From an uncultured delta proteobacterium (GTDB taxonomy: Bacteria; Desulfobacterota; Binatia; UBA9968): DNA of 64,000 nucleotides. The notes under the pieces were generated by a model. The model was not told the DNA's origin, did not search any database, and saw only the letters and a list, made by a program, of their open reading frames with translations. Shown piece after piece: positions 29,661 to 38,971 of this stretch. The position numbers and the translations under genes were made by a program. The DNA is taken from contig CAVYTU010000017.1 of NCBI GenBank assembly GCA_963771465.1, positions 512,001-576,000 on the forward strand, in the 5' to 3' direction. How positions within the stretch are numbered: the first letter of the stretch is position 1; the number at the start of each line of letters is the position of its first letter.

Positions 29661-29702
29661 AGGCGAATCGTTGCTTCAGCCAACCGTCGGTCTACGCAGC
29701 AA

Positions 29703-30344
29703 TCAGGTCCCCGGCAATTGTTTGAGCGTCTCACTCAGATGGGACCGGTCCGCCAGGACTTTCAAGAGCGGTCCCTGCGCGGTCCATTCCACCACACTCA
29801 CCGAAGCCACCGGACAGCCGAGACGATAGCGAAACTGTGACAGATCGATGCCCAAGAGGCGGCATAACAGCGCCCGAATCGTTGCTTTGTGAGATACGAC
29901 CAAGACATTGCCGTCAGTGACCGATTGTCTGATTTCCTCGACTACGCGCAGGGCCCGATCCGCCAACGTAAGCGCCGACTCGCCGCCGCTGGGTGGGTAG
30001 CGGGCCGCGTCAGATAGGAATCGCGCATAATCGTCGGGGAAATCTCGCTTCACGACTTCGACAGTCAAACCTTCCCACTGGCCGTAACTGATTTCACGCA
30101 AGCCGTCGCGTAATTCCATCGACTTGGCGATCGCTTCGCAGAGTGCGCCTGCCGTGGCCACGGTCCGTTTCAGTGGGCTTGCGTACACGGCGCGCCAATC
30201 CAATGCGCGATAGCTATGAGTGAACGCTTGCGCCATCGCTAAGCCCGCGTCTGTCAATTCAGGATCCGAGCCGCAACCGGAAAAAATATTGTCCCGGCTA
30301 AAGGCGGTCTGTCCGTGGCGTAGAAAATAAAGGTTTAGAGACAT
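29703..30344 (-). CDS. Histidine phosphatase (phosphoglycerate mutase-like) family protein
   Basis: LRHGQT, SPLKRT, GLREISYGQWEG and VVSH motifs; ATG 30344. Confidence 0.92.
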   Translation of the reverse strand: MSLNLYFLRHGQTAFSRDNIFSGCGSDPELTDAGLAMAQAFTHSYRALDWRAVYASPLKRTVATAGALCEAIAKSMELRDGLREISYGQWEGLTVEVVKRDFPDDYARFLSDAARYPPSGGESALTLADRALRVVEEIRQSVTDGNVLVVSHKATIRALLCRLLGIDLSQFRYRLGCPVASVSVVEWTAQGPLLKVLADRSHLSETLKQLPGT

Positions 30345-30363
30345 AAGCTTCTGTTCCACTAGA

Positions 30364-30605
30364 CTAAACTTTTGCGAAGGAAATAGCGATGGTGCCGGGG
30401 ACGACGAGCAGCGCGCGGACGGCAATGCGCGTGGTGATTTTTTCAACATCGTTGAGAATTAGCTTCCTGCCTTTTACCACCCCCAACGGTAGGGTGATGG
30501 TGAGCGGCGTGGAATTGCGAAAACCGCGTTTGGACGGAATGAAATTCAGAGCGTAGGCGATGGCCGCTCCGATGGCGATGATTTGCACGTCATGGTAGAG
30601 ATTAG
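30364..30605 (-). pseudogene. Probable 3' remnant of a membrane protein gene (TauE/SafE-like)
   Basis: Hydrophobic LPLGVVKGRKLIL...RIAVRALLVVPGTIAI without a convincing RBS or start; truncated at a repeat element. Confidence 0.4.
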
Positions 30606-30631
30606 CCGTGCTCGTGGCTCGTGATCGTGTC
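30606..30631. repeat. Second copy of the left arm of the 24053 repeat
   Basis: ccgtgctcgtggctcgtgatcgtgtc matches 24055-24080 at 25 of 26 positions. Confidence 0.8.
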
Positions 30632-30730
30632 GGGTCGCACGCGGATTTTAGCTGTTACAAACGCGAGTCGCGCTTCTCAGCGTGCTCTGGGTGGATTAAT
30701 TCCAATGTGTTCTAAAAGCTGTGGAAGTTC

Positions 30731-32002
30731 TCAGCTCGGTTGAACTTGCTTCGGCTCTTCCTTGACGAACGTTAATAGCACCATGCCGGCCAGGTAGGTC
30801 GAAGCGGCGACTAGGAACGCCGGCGTGAAGCCGTGCTTCTGCATCACGTAGCCGACGATTAACGTCCAGATCGGTCCCGAGATACAGCCGACGAAATAGT
30901 AGATCGAAAAGGCCGCATCGGTGAGATCGTCTTTGGCGGCGAAGTCGCTGATCATGGTTTGGGTGAGCGAACCGCGCGCTTCGACGACGCTACCATAGAG
31001 AATCAGATTCAAATAGAAAAGTACGCCGATGGAGGTTTGATACGCGAGCCAGACGGTCATGATCGCCGATAACAAGAGCGTGATCTGGGTGACGACGGCG
31101 CGCCGTCCCAATCGATCCGAGAACCAAGCGATGGCGAGCGGGCCGACCAGACCGGCGCCTTGCAGCACGGTTAAGAAAAGTCCGCCGACCGGCGCGCTGA
31201 CACCGTAGCGCTCCATGAAAAAGGGCACGAGATAGGTGAGATTGATACCGGTGCCCCTTCCAGCGGCGCCGACCATCAAGACCAACGACGTGAATAGAAT
31301 GTTGCGGTTCTTGAGACAGGTACGGTATGCGGCGAGATTGGCTTTGAATGCGCCGCTGCGGCTTTTGCCTTCATCGGCAGTGCCGGTGTGTTCGCGGACC
31401 ACGAAGAGCAACAGTCCCATGACGAGACTCACCAAACCGAACATGACGAACGCAGCGCGCCAATCCATGTAAAGCAACGCGATGGAAGCGAGACCGGGGC
31501 CGATGAAAGAGCCAAAGCTGCCGGCTGAATGATGAAACGTCAGCGCCCAGCCGCGCGCCTTGGGATAAAATCGCGACAAGATGCTCGAACCGAGCGGATG
31601 TTGCGGGCTCGATCCGGCATCGATGGCAATGCGAGCGACCAACAGCTGCGGATAACTGCCGACGAAATATTGCGCCATTGCGGAAAGACCGACGATCACG
31701 TTGCCGGTGCCGAGGATCGCCGTGCGCTTAAACATGCCGGTGAACAGTCCGTAAATGACTTGCAGGCCTTGGCCGACGAAATTAGAAATCGCCGACAGCG
31801 CGCCCAATTGCAACAAACCGAATCCCAACTCCTTCATCATCACCGGAAAAATGACCGAGGTGATGCTGTATTGCAGATGATTCAGAACATGGCAGCCGCT
31901 GATCAGACTCAAAGCCAGCCGTTTTTGTTTCAGCGTAGCTTCTAGAGTCGGCGTGTCATCGGTCGAGGTTGCCGCGTCGACGACGGTGGATTGATCGCTC
32001 AT
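30731..32002 (-). CDS. MFS transporter (Fsr-like)
   Basis: About 12 TMs; HVLNH, QHP, RGWAL..H and SDRLGRR motifs; ATG 32002. Confidence 0.88.
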   Translation of the reverse strand: MSDQSTVVDAATSTDDTPTLEATLKQKRLALSLISGCHVLNHLQYSITSVIFPVMMKELGFGLLQLGALSAISNFVGQGLQVIYGLFTGMFKRTAILGTGNVIVGLSAMAQYFVGSYPQLLVARIAIDAGSSPQHPLGSSILSRFYPKARGWALTFHHSAGSFGSFIGPGLASIALLYMDWRAAFVMFGLVSLVMGLLLFVVREHTGTADEGKSRSGAFKANLAAYRTCLKNRNILFTSLVLMVGAAGRGTGINLTYLVPFFMERYGVSAPVGGLFLTVLQGAGLVGPLAIAWFSDRLGRRAVVTQITLLLSAIMTVWLAYQTSIGVLFYLNLILYGSVVEARGSLTQTMISDFAAKDDLTDAAFSIYYFVGCISGPIWTLIVGYVMQKHGFTPAFLVAASTYLAGMVLLTFVKEEPKQVQPS

Positions 32003-32091
32003 GGTTTCGAATACCTTGGAGTGGCGGAGTCTTTGAGTACGGAAATTGTTTATAGCGTTGCGCCACGATCTGTCAAACGCGCGCAATTGGT

Positions 32092-33636
32092 TTAGGGTCT
32101 TTGTGGCCGCGGCGTGGTTGCCGGCGTGTAATTGGCCATGGAAAAACTCACGGCGACGCCGACGATCATTAAAACAAAGCCGGTCAGAAACGAGTACCAA
32201 AGCGCGTCGCCCAGGCTGGCGATCAAGCGCGGCAAAAGTTCCGCGGAAATCTGTGCGCGAGTTGTCGGCTCCAAGAGATTTTGCGGATTGGCGAGCTTGT
32301 CCCAGACCGGAGCGGCAACGTTGGTGTTTGCCGCGCGCAGTTGGCTAAGCGACGTTTGCATTTGGCCGAGCATGACGGTGCCCATGACGCTTACGACGAA
32401 GGCTGCGCCGAAGGTGCGAAACAACATGACGGTTGACGTGGCAACACCGATACGTCGCTGCTCTACCGAAGTTTGAGCGGCGACCAAGGTCGTGAGATTT
32501 GCCATTCCCATGCCTATGCCGATGGCGCTCGCGCTTAGGACCACGGCAACAATTCCGAAATTCCAATTCGGCACGATAAATACGGCGTAACCAAGTGCGA
32601 TCAACGACATGCCGGCCGAGGCGACGAGCCGATAGCCGATTCTGTTGATGCCTTGGCCGGCGACTAGACTACCGATCGTCCACCCCATGCTAAGCGCGAG
32701 GATGACTAGACCAGTAGCCGTGGCTGTCATGCCCAAAACTCCCTGAAGATAGAGCGGCATGTAGCTGATCGCGCCGAACACGCCCATCGCTGAAAGCGTC
32801 GCTACGGCAACCGAAGATTTGTAGAGACCGATGTGAAAGAGATCGAGCGGGATGATCGGCTCGGCGGCACGCCGTTCGATAAAATAGAAAGCGATCAAAA
32901 CAACGATGCCGGCGATGATCAAGCTCAGGGTCTCAGCATTGAGCGGATGGCGCGCGTGGGCGCTTTGCGCCAGCGCGTAGAAAATCAGCAGCAAGCCGAC
33001 GAGCAGCGTGCTGGAGCCGGCGATGTCGAGCTTGGGCACGCGCCTTTCGCCACGCTCTTCTTTTAGGCCAATCACGATCAACGCCGTCGCGATGGCGATG
33101 AGCGGCAAGTTGACAAAGAAAATCCAGCGCCAATTGGCGTATTCGACAATCAGGCCGCCGGCAAGGGGACCAAGAATGGAGGCAATGCCCCAGATGCCGC
33201 TGATGAAGCCTTGAACTTTTGCCCGTTGGTCGGCGGGGAAGAGCACGCCGACCACGATGAACGATAGTGCGTAAATCGCGCCGCCGCCGAGTCCTTGGAC
33301 GGCGCGAAAGACGATCATCGCTTCCATACCTTGCGCCACGCCGCAAAGCAGCGAGCCGAGCAGAAAGATGCCGATGCCGATCAGCATCAGCCGGCGTTTG
33401 CTAAATAGATCGGCGAGTTTGCCGAAGATCGGCGTGGTCAGCGCCGAGGTGAGCATGTAAATCGAAAAGACCCAGCTGTAAAGCTCCAGGCCGCCGAGCT
33501 TGGCGACGATGGTCGGCATCGACGTGCTGACAATCGTCGCGTCGATGGCGAAAAGAAATATCACCAGCATGACGCCGACGGCGGCGAGATTGCGTTTCGA
33601 AGTATCGGCTTGGGTCGTTGAATGAGGCGCGTCCAC
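32092..33636 (-). CDS. MDR-type MFS transporter (DHA2, 14-TM)
   Basis: DATIVSTSMPTI, GKLADLF, RAVQGLGGG and WRWIFFVNLP motifs. Confidence 0.93.
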   Translation of the reverse strand: MDAPHSTTQADTSKRNLAAVGVMLVIFLFAIDATIVSTSMPTIVAKLGGLELYSWVFSIYMLTSALTTPIFGKLADLFSKRRLMLIGIGIFLLGSLLCGVAQGMEAMIVFRAVQGLGGGAIYALSFIVVGVLFPADQRAKVQGFISGIWGIASILGPLAGGLIVEYANWRWIFFVNLPLIAIATALIVIGLKEERGERRVPKLDIAGSSTLLVGLLLIFYALAQSAHARHPLNAETLSLIIAGIVVLIAFYFIERRAAEPIIPLDLFHIGLYKSSVAVATLSAMGVFGAISYMPLYLQGVLGMTATATGLVILALSMGWTIGSLVAGQGINRIGYRLVASAGMSLIALGYAVFIVPNWNFGIVAVVLSASAIGIGMGMANLTTLVAAQTSVEQRRIGVATSTVMLFRTFGAAFVVSVMGTVMLGQMQTSLSQLRAANTNVAAPVWDKLANPQNLLEPTTRAQISAELLPRLIASLGDALWYSFLTGFVLMIVGVAVSFSMANYTPATTPRPQRP

Positions 33637-33775
33637 GTTGTCGAGTCATTCCAATATGAGTTAAAGCGTAAAAGCCATTTGTTGAACGAGATGGTGGCGA
33701 GTGTCAAGCAACGGTCGGTTGGCTTTGACTGTACCGTTAGACGGCGGTAGAAGTCGGAATCAACATCGGAGGCGT

Positions 33776-34780
33776 ATGCATCTCAGTTCCGGGCTGGTCG
33801 CTGCAATCTTGTTTGCCCAAATGCTCTTGCCGGCATGGTGCCTAGCGCAGATCACGACGCAGATGGTGGAGGCGGCGAAAAAGGAAGGCGAAGTCGTATT
33901 CTACGGCGCGATGAACGTCAGTATTTCCAAGCGCATCGGCGATCTCTTCGAAAAGAAATACGGCATCACCGTCAAGCATTGGCGCGGCGACGCCACCGAG
34001 ATCGTCAACCGCGTGCTGACCGAGGCGCGCGCCGGCCGGCCGACCTTCGATGTCAATCTCGGCAACGAAGCGGTCATGCAAGCGCTCGACGAAAAAAATA
34101 TTCTCGCCGTTTTCGATGCGCCGGCGGCGAAGGGTTATCCAAAACAGTTTCGCGATCCCGACATGCGCATGACGGCGTGGCGGGTGTTGCCCTACGGCAT
34201 CAATTACAACCACCAGCTGGTGAAAGCAGAGGAGGCGCCGAAGACTTACGAAGAATTGCTGCAGCCAAAGTGGAAAGGCAAATTCGGCGTCGCCAATCCC
34301 GGCATCCACGTCACTACGCTTCAATTCGTTCTGAGCCTCGACAAACTTTATGGACCGAAGTGGTTAAAGTTGGTCGAAGGCTGGGCTCATCAAGAGCCGC
34401 GCATCGGCCGCAGTCTGGCGGACTTGATTCAACCGATGACCAGCGGCGAGGTGCCGGTGGCGATCGGTTACATCAAGGATAAGTTCCAATATCCCGGTCC
34501 CATCGAGTATGTGCGCATGAGCAAGTATCTAGCGTCGGTCGGCTTCATTGCGATCAATCGCCAGGCGCCCCACGCCAACGCGGCGAAACTATTCACCGAT
34601 TTCTTTTTGAGCGCCGAGCCCCAACGCATCGTCGGCGAGACCGGCGAATATGTCTTTCATCCCGAAGTCGACCACAAGTTCAAAAAAGACGTTAAGGACG
34701 AGCAGATCATCACGATGAAACTGCCGACGAGCGAGGAGATGGAGAGCTGGAGCAAGAAGTTTAGGGAGATGTTCCGATGA
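33776..34780 (+). CDS. Extracellular solute-binding protein (Fe3+/AfuA-like cluster)
   Basis: Signal peptide; AAKKEGEVVFY, PKTYEELLQPKWKGK and APHANAAKLF motifs. Confidence 0.88.
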   Translation: MHLSSGLVAAILFAQMLLPAWCLAQITTQMVEAAKKEGEVVFYGAMNVSISKRIGDLFEKKYGITVKHWRGDATEIVNRVLTEARAGRPTFDVNLGNEAVMQALDEKNILAVFDAPAAKGYPKQFRDPDMRMTAWRVLPYGINYNHQLVKAEEAPKTYEELLQPKWKGKFGVANPGIHVTTLQFVLSLDKLYGPKWLKLVEGWAHQEPRIGRSLADLIQPMTSGEVPVAIGYIKDKFQYPGPIEYVRMSKYLASVGFIAINRQAPHANAAKLFTDFFLSAEPQRIVGETGEYVFHPEVDHKFKKDVKDEQIITMKLPTSEEMESWSKKFREMFR

Positions 34781-34787
34781 GAAGAAA

Positions 34788-34844
34788 TGGAGTAATGGAG
34801 TGGTGGAGTGTTGGAGTGATGGGTGGTCCGGCCTCAATACTCCA
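34788..34844 (+). repeat. Tandem TGGAGTNN octamers (4 units) with a downstream complementary arm
   Basis: TGGAGTAA TGGAGTGG TGGAGTGT TGGAGTGA TGG ... CAATACTCCA; related copies at 1-16 (minus), 36999-37017 and 43247-43257. Confidence 0.75.
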
Positions 34845-34865
34845 GCTTCGGATTTGAGGTGCCAG

Positions 34866-35657
34866 ATGCTTGAGCTTGCCAAAATAACTTTCCCTGAAGT
34901 GAAAAGGCTCGCAGATAGCACGCGTGCGCTGACCATTCTTCCCGTCGGCGTGGTCGAAGAACATGGCGCGCATTTGCCGCTCGGCTTGGATTCGTTTGCT
35001 GCGGAGGTTTACGCGGCTTCGGCCGCGCCGCATTTAGAAGAAAGCGGCTATGAAGTTTTAGTTGCGCCGACGATCAACTACGGCGTGGCGCGGGCGGCCA
35101 TCGATTTTCCCGGCACGCTGTCATTGGAGCCGGAGACGCTCCGCTCGATGGTCGTCGAGATCGGCCGTTCGTTGGCGCGGCATGGATTGAACAAATTGGT
35201 GATTCTCAACGGTCATCGTGATCTACACCACATGAAGGCGCTCGATGATGCCCGCGCGATTCTAGTCGAAGAGAACAGTGCGAAAGTCTTGTGCGTCGGC
35301 TTCGCCAGCGATCCGGAAATGACCGCGGCTTGCTATCGTGAAGGCGTGCGACAGTTCTACAAAAGCCCGCGGCCCGATCGTGAAGGACATGGCGGCGAGT
35401 CGGAAACATCGGTGGCGCTCAATAGCTTTCCGCATCTGGTGAAAACAGAAATCATTAGACAGCTCGATCCGAACTTCGACTACGACGTAGACGCTTTCCG
35501 CAATGAAACAAAAGATTACGGCAGTAACAGCGGCGGCCGCGGCTACTTCGGCTGGCCACAGGCGGCGACGGCAGAGACGGGGGCGAAATTGGTTGCTGTC
35601 CGCGGTAGGAATATCGCCAATGTTATTTTGAAAGAATGGGGCGCGTCGAAAGCGTGA
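34866..35657 (+). CDS. Creatininase family amidohydrolase
   Basis: LPVGVVEEHGAHLPLGLD, FPGTLSL, NGH and HGGESETS motifs. Confidence 0.92.
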   Translation: MLELAKITFPEVKRLADSTRALTILPVGVVEEHGAHLPLGLDSFAAEVYAASAAPHLEESGYEVLVAPTINYGVARAAIDFPGTLSLEPETLRSMVVEIGRSLARHGLNKLVILNGHRDLHHMKALDDARAILVEENSAKVLCVGFASDPEMTAACYREGVRQFYKSPRPDREGHGGESETSVALNSFPHLVKTEIIRQLDPNFDYDVDAFRNETKDYGSNSGGRGYFGWPQAATAETGAKLVAVRGRNIANVILKEWGASKA

Positions 35658-35796
35658 GTGAAAAAGCCCGTTGCGGCGCGCGGATGAGTGATCGAAGCAA
35701 CAGCGTGAACAAACGACCAACGTTTGGTAGCGTTACGATTAACCTTGTGTCATGTAGAAAAGACCATTAACCCAATGAGAAAGAAAGGAACACATC

Positions 35797-36558
35797 ATGA
35801 GAATTATGTTTTTGAATAAGGCACCGAAGGCCGTTTATGACGTCACAGAGATAGAGAAGCTTTTGAACAGCTATGCTTCTCCAGGTACGCGGGTGGAGGT
35901 GAACTTTCCCGATAATTTCGAGGGCTCCAGGGTCGAAGCGACACTGGGCAGCCAGATGATGCTCAACGGTCTCGATCACATCATGGAAGCTCCCGCCATC
36001 ATCCGCAAGATCGTCTGGGCCTCGGAGAACGGCTACGATGCGGTCATTCAGAGCAACACCTTCGATCCCGGCGTCGATGGCGCGCGGCTGTGCGTTTCGA
36101 TCCCCGTCATCGGTCCGTTTCGCACGACCATACACGCGGTGACCAATCTCGTCGACCGGATCGGTATCATCGTCCCGCTCGCGCCGCATATTCCTTACAC
36201 GTGGCGCTTGCTGCGCACCATGGGCATGGACGGCTTTGTCACCGGGATAAAGACTCTCGGAGTCTACGGTCCGGATCTCAAGAAACGGCGCCAAGAGATC
36301 ACCGAGAAAACCGCCGGTCTGGTTCGCGCGCTAGTCGACGAAACCGGAGCTCAGGCCGTGCTGCCCCTGGGAGGAGCGCTCATTCCCTATGTGGTAGACC
36401 CGGCGGAGGTTCAGAAGATGACTAACGTGCAGGTTTTCAATACCAAGGCGATCTCGATTCGATGTGCCGAGATGTGCGTAGGGTTGGGGCTGAGCCACAG
36501 CGCGCTCACCTACCCGCGCGGAAAGCTCACGTATCAGGATTTTATCTCCAAGGTGTGA
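35797..36558 (+). CDS. Asp/Glu/hydantoin racemase-fold protein (canonical Cys pair absent)
   Basis: ENGYDAVIQSNTFDPGVDGAR..VSIPVIG and GAQAVLPLGG motifs. Confidence 0.82.
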   Translation: MRIMFLNKAPKAVYDVTEIEKLLNSYASPGTRVEVNFPDNFEGSRVEATLGSQMMLNGLDHIMEAPAIIRKIVWASENGYDAVIQSNTFDPGVDGARLCVSIPVIGPFRTTIHAVTNLVDRIGIIVPLAPHIPYTWRLLRTMGMDGFVTGIKTLGVYGPDLKKRRQEITEKTAGLVRALVDETGAQAVLPLGGALIPYVVDPAEVQKMTNVQVFNTKAISIRCAEMCVGLGLSHSALTYPRGKLTYQDFISKV

Positions 36559-36621
36559 TGCTCAGCGGAACCTCGGTGATTTTGCAGAGCGACCGGAAGC
36601 CTGGAACAGTAGGAGGGACTC

Positions 36622-36990
36622 ATGGCTTTTCGCATTAATCATCTTCATCTCAAGACACCCGATCCGAAGAAGACGGCCGATTTCTACGTCGAGTACACTG
36701 GCGCGAAAGTCGTCAAGGAAGCGACTCGGCCCGACGGCAGCAAGAATTATCGCCTCGATCTGCATGGTGTCGAGCTCAATGTCACTCAATTCCTCGAAGA
36801 GCAGAAGCTCGAGCAGTTCATGGGCCTCGAACACGTCGCCATCGACACCAATAACTTCGACGGTGAATTGAACAAGATCAAATCCGCCGGCTTGAAAATT
36901 CTTGAAGAGCGGGTGTTGCCAGATGGCCGGAGGGTTTGTTTCTTCGAAGGGCCGGAAGGAGTACGGCTGGAGTTTCTCGAATGGAAGTAG
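36622..36990 (+). CDS. VOC family protein
   Basis: INHLHL, GLEHVAI and FFEGPEGVRLEFLE motifs. Confidence 0.9.
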   Translation: MAFRINHLHLKTPDPKKTADFYVEYTGAKVVKEATRPDGSKNYRLDLHGVELNVTQFLEEQKLEQFMGLEHVAIDTNNFDGELNKIKSAGLKILEERVLPDGRRVCFFEGPEGVRLEFLEWK

Positions 36991-37034
36991 GCCCTGCGTG
37001 GAATATTGGAGTAATGGGTTGATCACGCCATTAT

Positions 37035-38003
37035 TTATTTTTCCCGCAGCACTTTCTCCAGCGGCCCATTCTCTCGGAACGGTTCGGGGCGGTCGAGGTA
37101 GTCTTTGAAGTCGGGGCGGGCTTTGATCAGGTCGAGGACGACGTTGTTGATGCCTTTGTCGGGCACGATCGGCGCTGATTTGAATATCTTGGCATAGGCT
37201 TGCACTGTGCGCTTGACAATACCGGCGTCTTTTTCGCGCATCCATTTGGCCAAGGACTTCTCTGCGAATTGATGATTTTTCTTGATCAGGTGAATTCCGC
37301 CGACGTAGGCGCGCAGAAAATCCTCGGTGACTTTCGGCTCGGCTCGGATAAACGCACGGCTGCTGGCGACGCAGGATGACGGATAGACGAAATCAGTCGT
37401 GCTCAGATCGACCAGCACCGGCCAGCCGCGCTGTAAGAATGGAATCGCGTAGCGCGTCGTGAGCGCTGCCGCGGCGATGCGGCCGGCGTCGAGCGCCGCG
37501 ACAATCTCCGGGCCAGCTCCTAGTTGCAGGATGATCATGTCTTTGTCCGGGTTAAGCCCGACATGGCGCAGCGCCGCTCTTAAATAAAAATGGGTCGTCG
37601 AACCATAACGGGTCACCGCGCTGCCTTGGCCTTTTAATTCAGCCGCTGATTTGATTTCAGGACGAGTGATCAAGTATACGGGATCGGCGTTGACCGGACA
37701 GGCGAGCAGGATCACGTCGCCGCCCGCCGCGCGCGCGGCCACGACTGACTCCGCTCCTGCTCCGGAGAACGGTAGATCGCCGGTAATGATCGCCAGCGTG
37801 ATCAGCGAGCCGCCACGAATCTGCACGGGCTCGATGTTCATCCCCGCTTTCTCGAACAAGCCGGCATCTTTGGCGACCCAAATCGGTAGATGGGACGGCG
37901 ACGCGCTGGTGCCGTACATGATGCGGCGCAGCTCTTGGGAGTGGGCAAAAAACTGACTGACAAACAGCGTGGCGATAAAGACGATGAGTTGGATGAGCTT
38001 CAT
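37035..38003 (-). CDS. ABC substrate-binding protein (NMT1/SsuA-like), paralog 3 of a tandem triplet
   Basis: Signal peptide; HLPIWVAKDAGLF and YPSSC motifs. Confidence 0.9.
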   Translation of the reverse strand: MKLIQLIVFIATLFVSQFFAHSQELRRIMYGTSASPSHLPIWVAKDAGLFEKAGMNIEPVQIRGGSLITLAIITGDLPFSGAGAESVVAARAAGGDVILLACPVNADPVYLITRPEIKSAAELKGQGSAVTRYGSTTHFYLRAALRHVGLNPDKDMIILQLGAGPEIVAALDAGRIAAAALTTRYAIPFLQRGWPVLVDLSTTDFVYPSSCVASSRAFIRAEPKVTEDFLRAYVGGIHLIKKNHQFAEKSLAKWMREKDAGIVKRTVQAYAKIFKSAPIVPDKGINNVVLDLIKARPDFKDYLDRPEPFRENGPLEKVLREK

Positions 38004-38971
38004 GATCGTGACAGCGCTCGATCCAGCGGTCCGTTGTCGCGAAAAAGTTCCGGATGGCCGATGAATTCTTTCGGCACCGGCCGCCGGCTCGCTAGATCCT
38101 TAAGCACGCTTTCGATGCCTTTATCCGGCACGTAGGGAGATGGCTTGAACAATCGGCCAAACGCTTCGACCGACTTGCTCACGGCCAGCTGATCTTTATC
38201 TTTCAACCATTTCACCAGCGATCGCTCGGCAAAAGCTTGATCCTTTTTGATCAGCTGAATGGCGCTGACGTAAGCGCTTAGAAACGCGCTGGCGGTCTTA
38301 GGATCGGCTTTGACAAACGCACGGCTGCTGGTTACGCATGACGACGGATAGACAAGATCGGTCTTGGTCAGATCGACAAGTACTGGCCAGTTCTTTTGCA
38401 TAAATGGCAGGGCGTTGCGCACGGTCAACGCGGCGGCGAAGACTTTGCCGTTTTCCATCGCTGTGGTGATTTCGGCGCTGCCGCCCAGTTGTAAGAGCGT
38501 CATCTCCTTGTCGGAGTCGATGCCAACCATTCGAAGCGCCGTGCGCAGATAAAAATGGATCGACGAGCCGAGGCGAGTGACGCCGCCGGCTTTGCCCCTG
38601 AGATCGGCGGGAGATTTAATCTCCGGACGAGTCATCAAATAGACGGGCTCGAGATCGGCGGGACAGGCGAGTAAAACAACATCCGCGCCCTCGACGCGGG
38701 CCGAGATCACCGACTCGGCGCCGACGCCGGAGAGCACCACTTGGCCGCTCATGATCGCCATGGTGCTCAGCGCGCCGCCGCGAATCTGCACCGGTTCGAC
38801 GTTCAGGCCATGCCTGGCGAAAAGTCCGGCATCTTTGGCGACCCATATCGGCAGATGTGAAACGGAAGTCGAGGTTCCATACAGTATGCGACGCAGCTCT
38901 TGAGCGTGCGCCGCCCCGTGAATCAGCAATACCGCGGCGCTAATCGCAATCACTCTTGCCAGTTTCGTCAT
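38000..38971 (-). CDS. ABC substrate-binding protein (NMT1/SsuA-like), paralog 2
   Basis: Same motifs; ATGA overlaps on both sides. Confidence 0.9.
   Translation of the reverse strand: MTKLARVIAISAAVLLIHGAAHAQELRRILYGTSTSVSHLPIWVAKDAGLFARHGLNVEPVQIRGGALSTMAIMSGQVVLSGVGAESVISARVEGADVVLLACPADLEPVYLMTRPEIKSPADLRGKAGGVTRLGSSIHFYLRTALRMVGIDSDKEMTLLQLGGSAEITTAMENGKVFAAALTVRNALPFMQKNWPVLVDLTKTDLVYPSSCVTSSRAFVKADPKTASAFLSAYVSAIQLIKKDQAFAERSLVKWLKDKDQLAVSKSVEAFGRLFKPSPYVPDKGIESVLKDLASRRPVPKEFIGHPELFRDNGPLDRALSRS

Noticed and set aside
34788-34844. CRISPR-like array
   Set aside because: Units are 8 bp with no unique spacers and no cas genes
34800-34865. N-terminal extension MVECWSDGW of the creatininase ORF
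   Set aside because: It is a translation of the TGGAGT repeat; the likely start is ATG 34866 after GAGGT
34866-35657. Mycofactocin peptidase MftE
   Set aside because: No mftA precursor, radical SAM gene or other mft genes nearby
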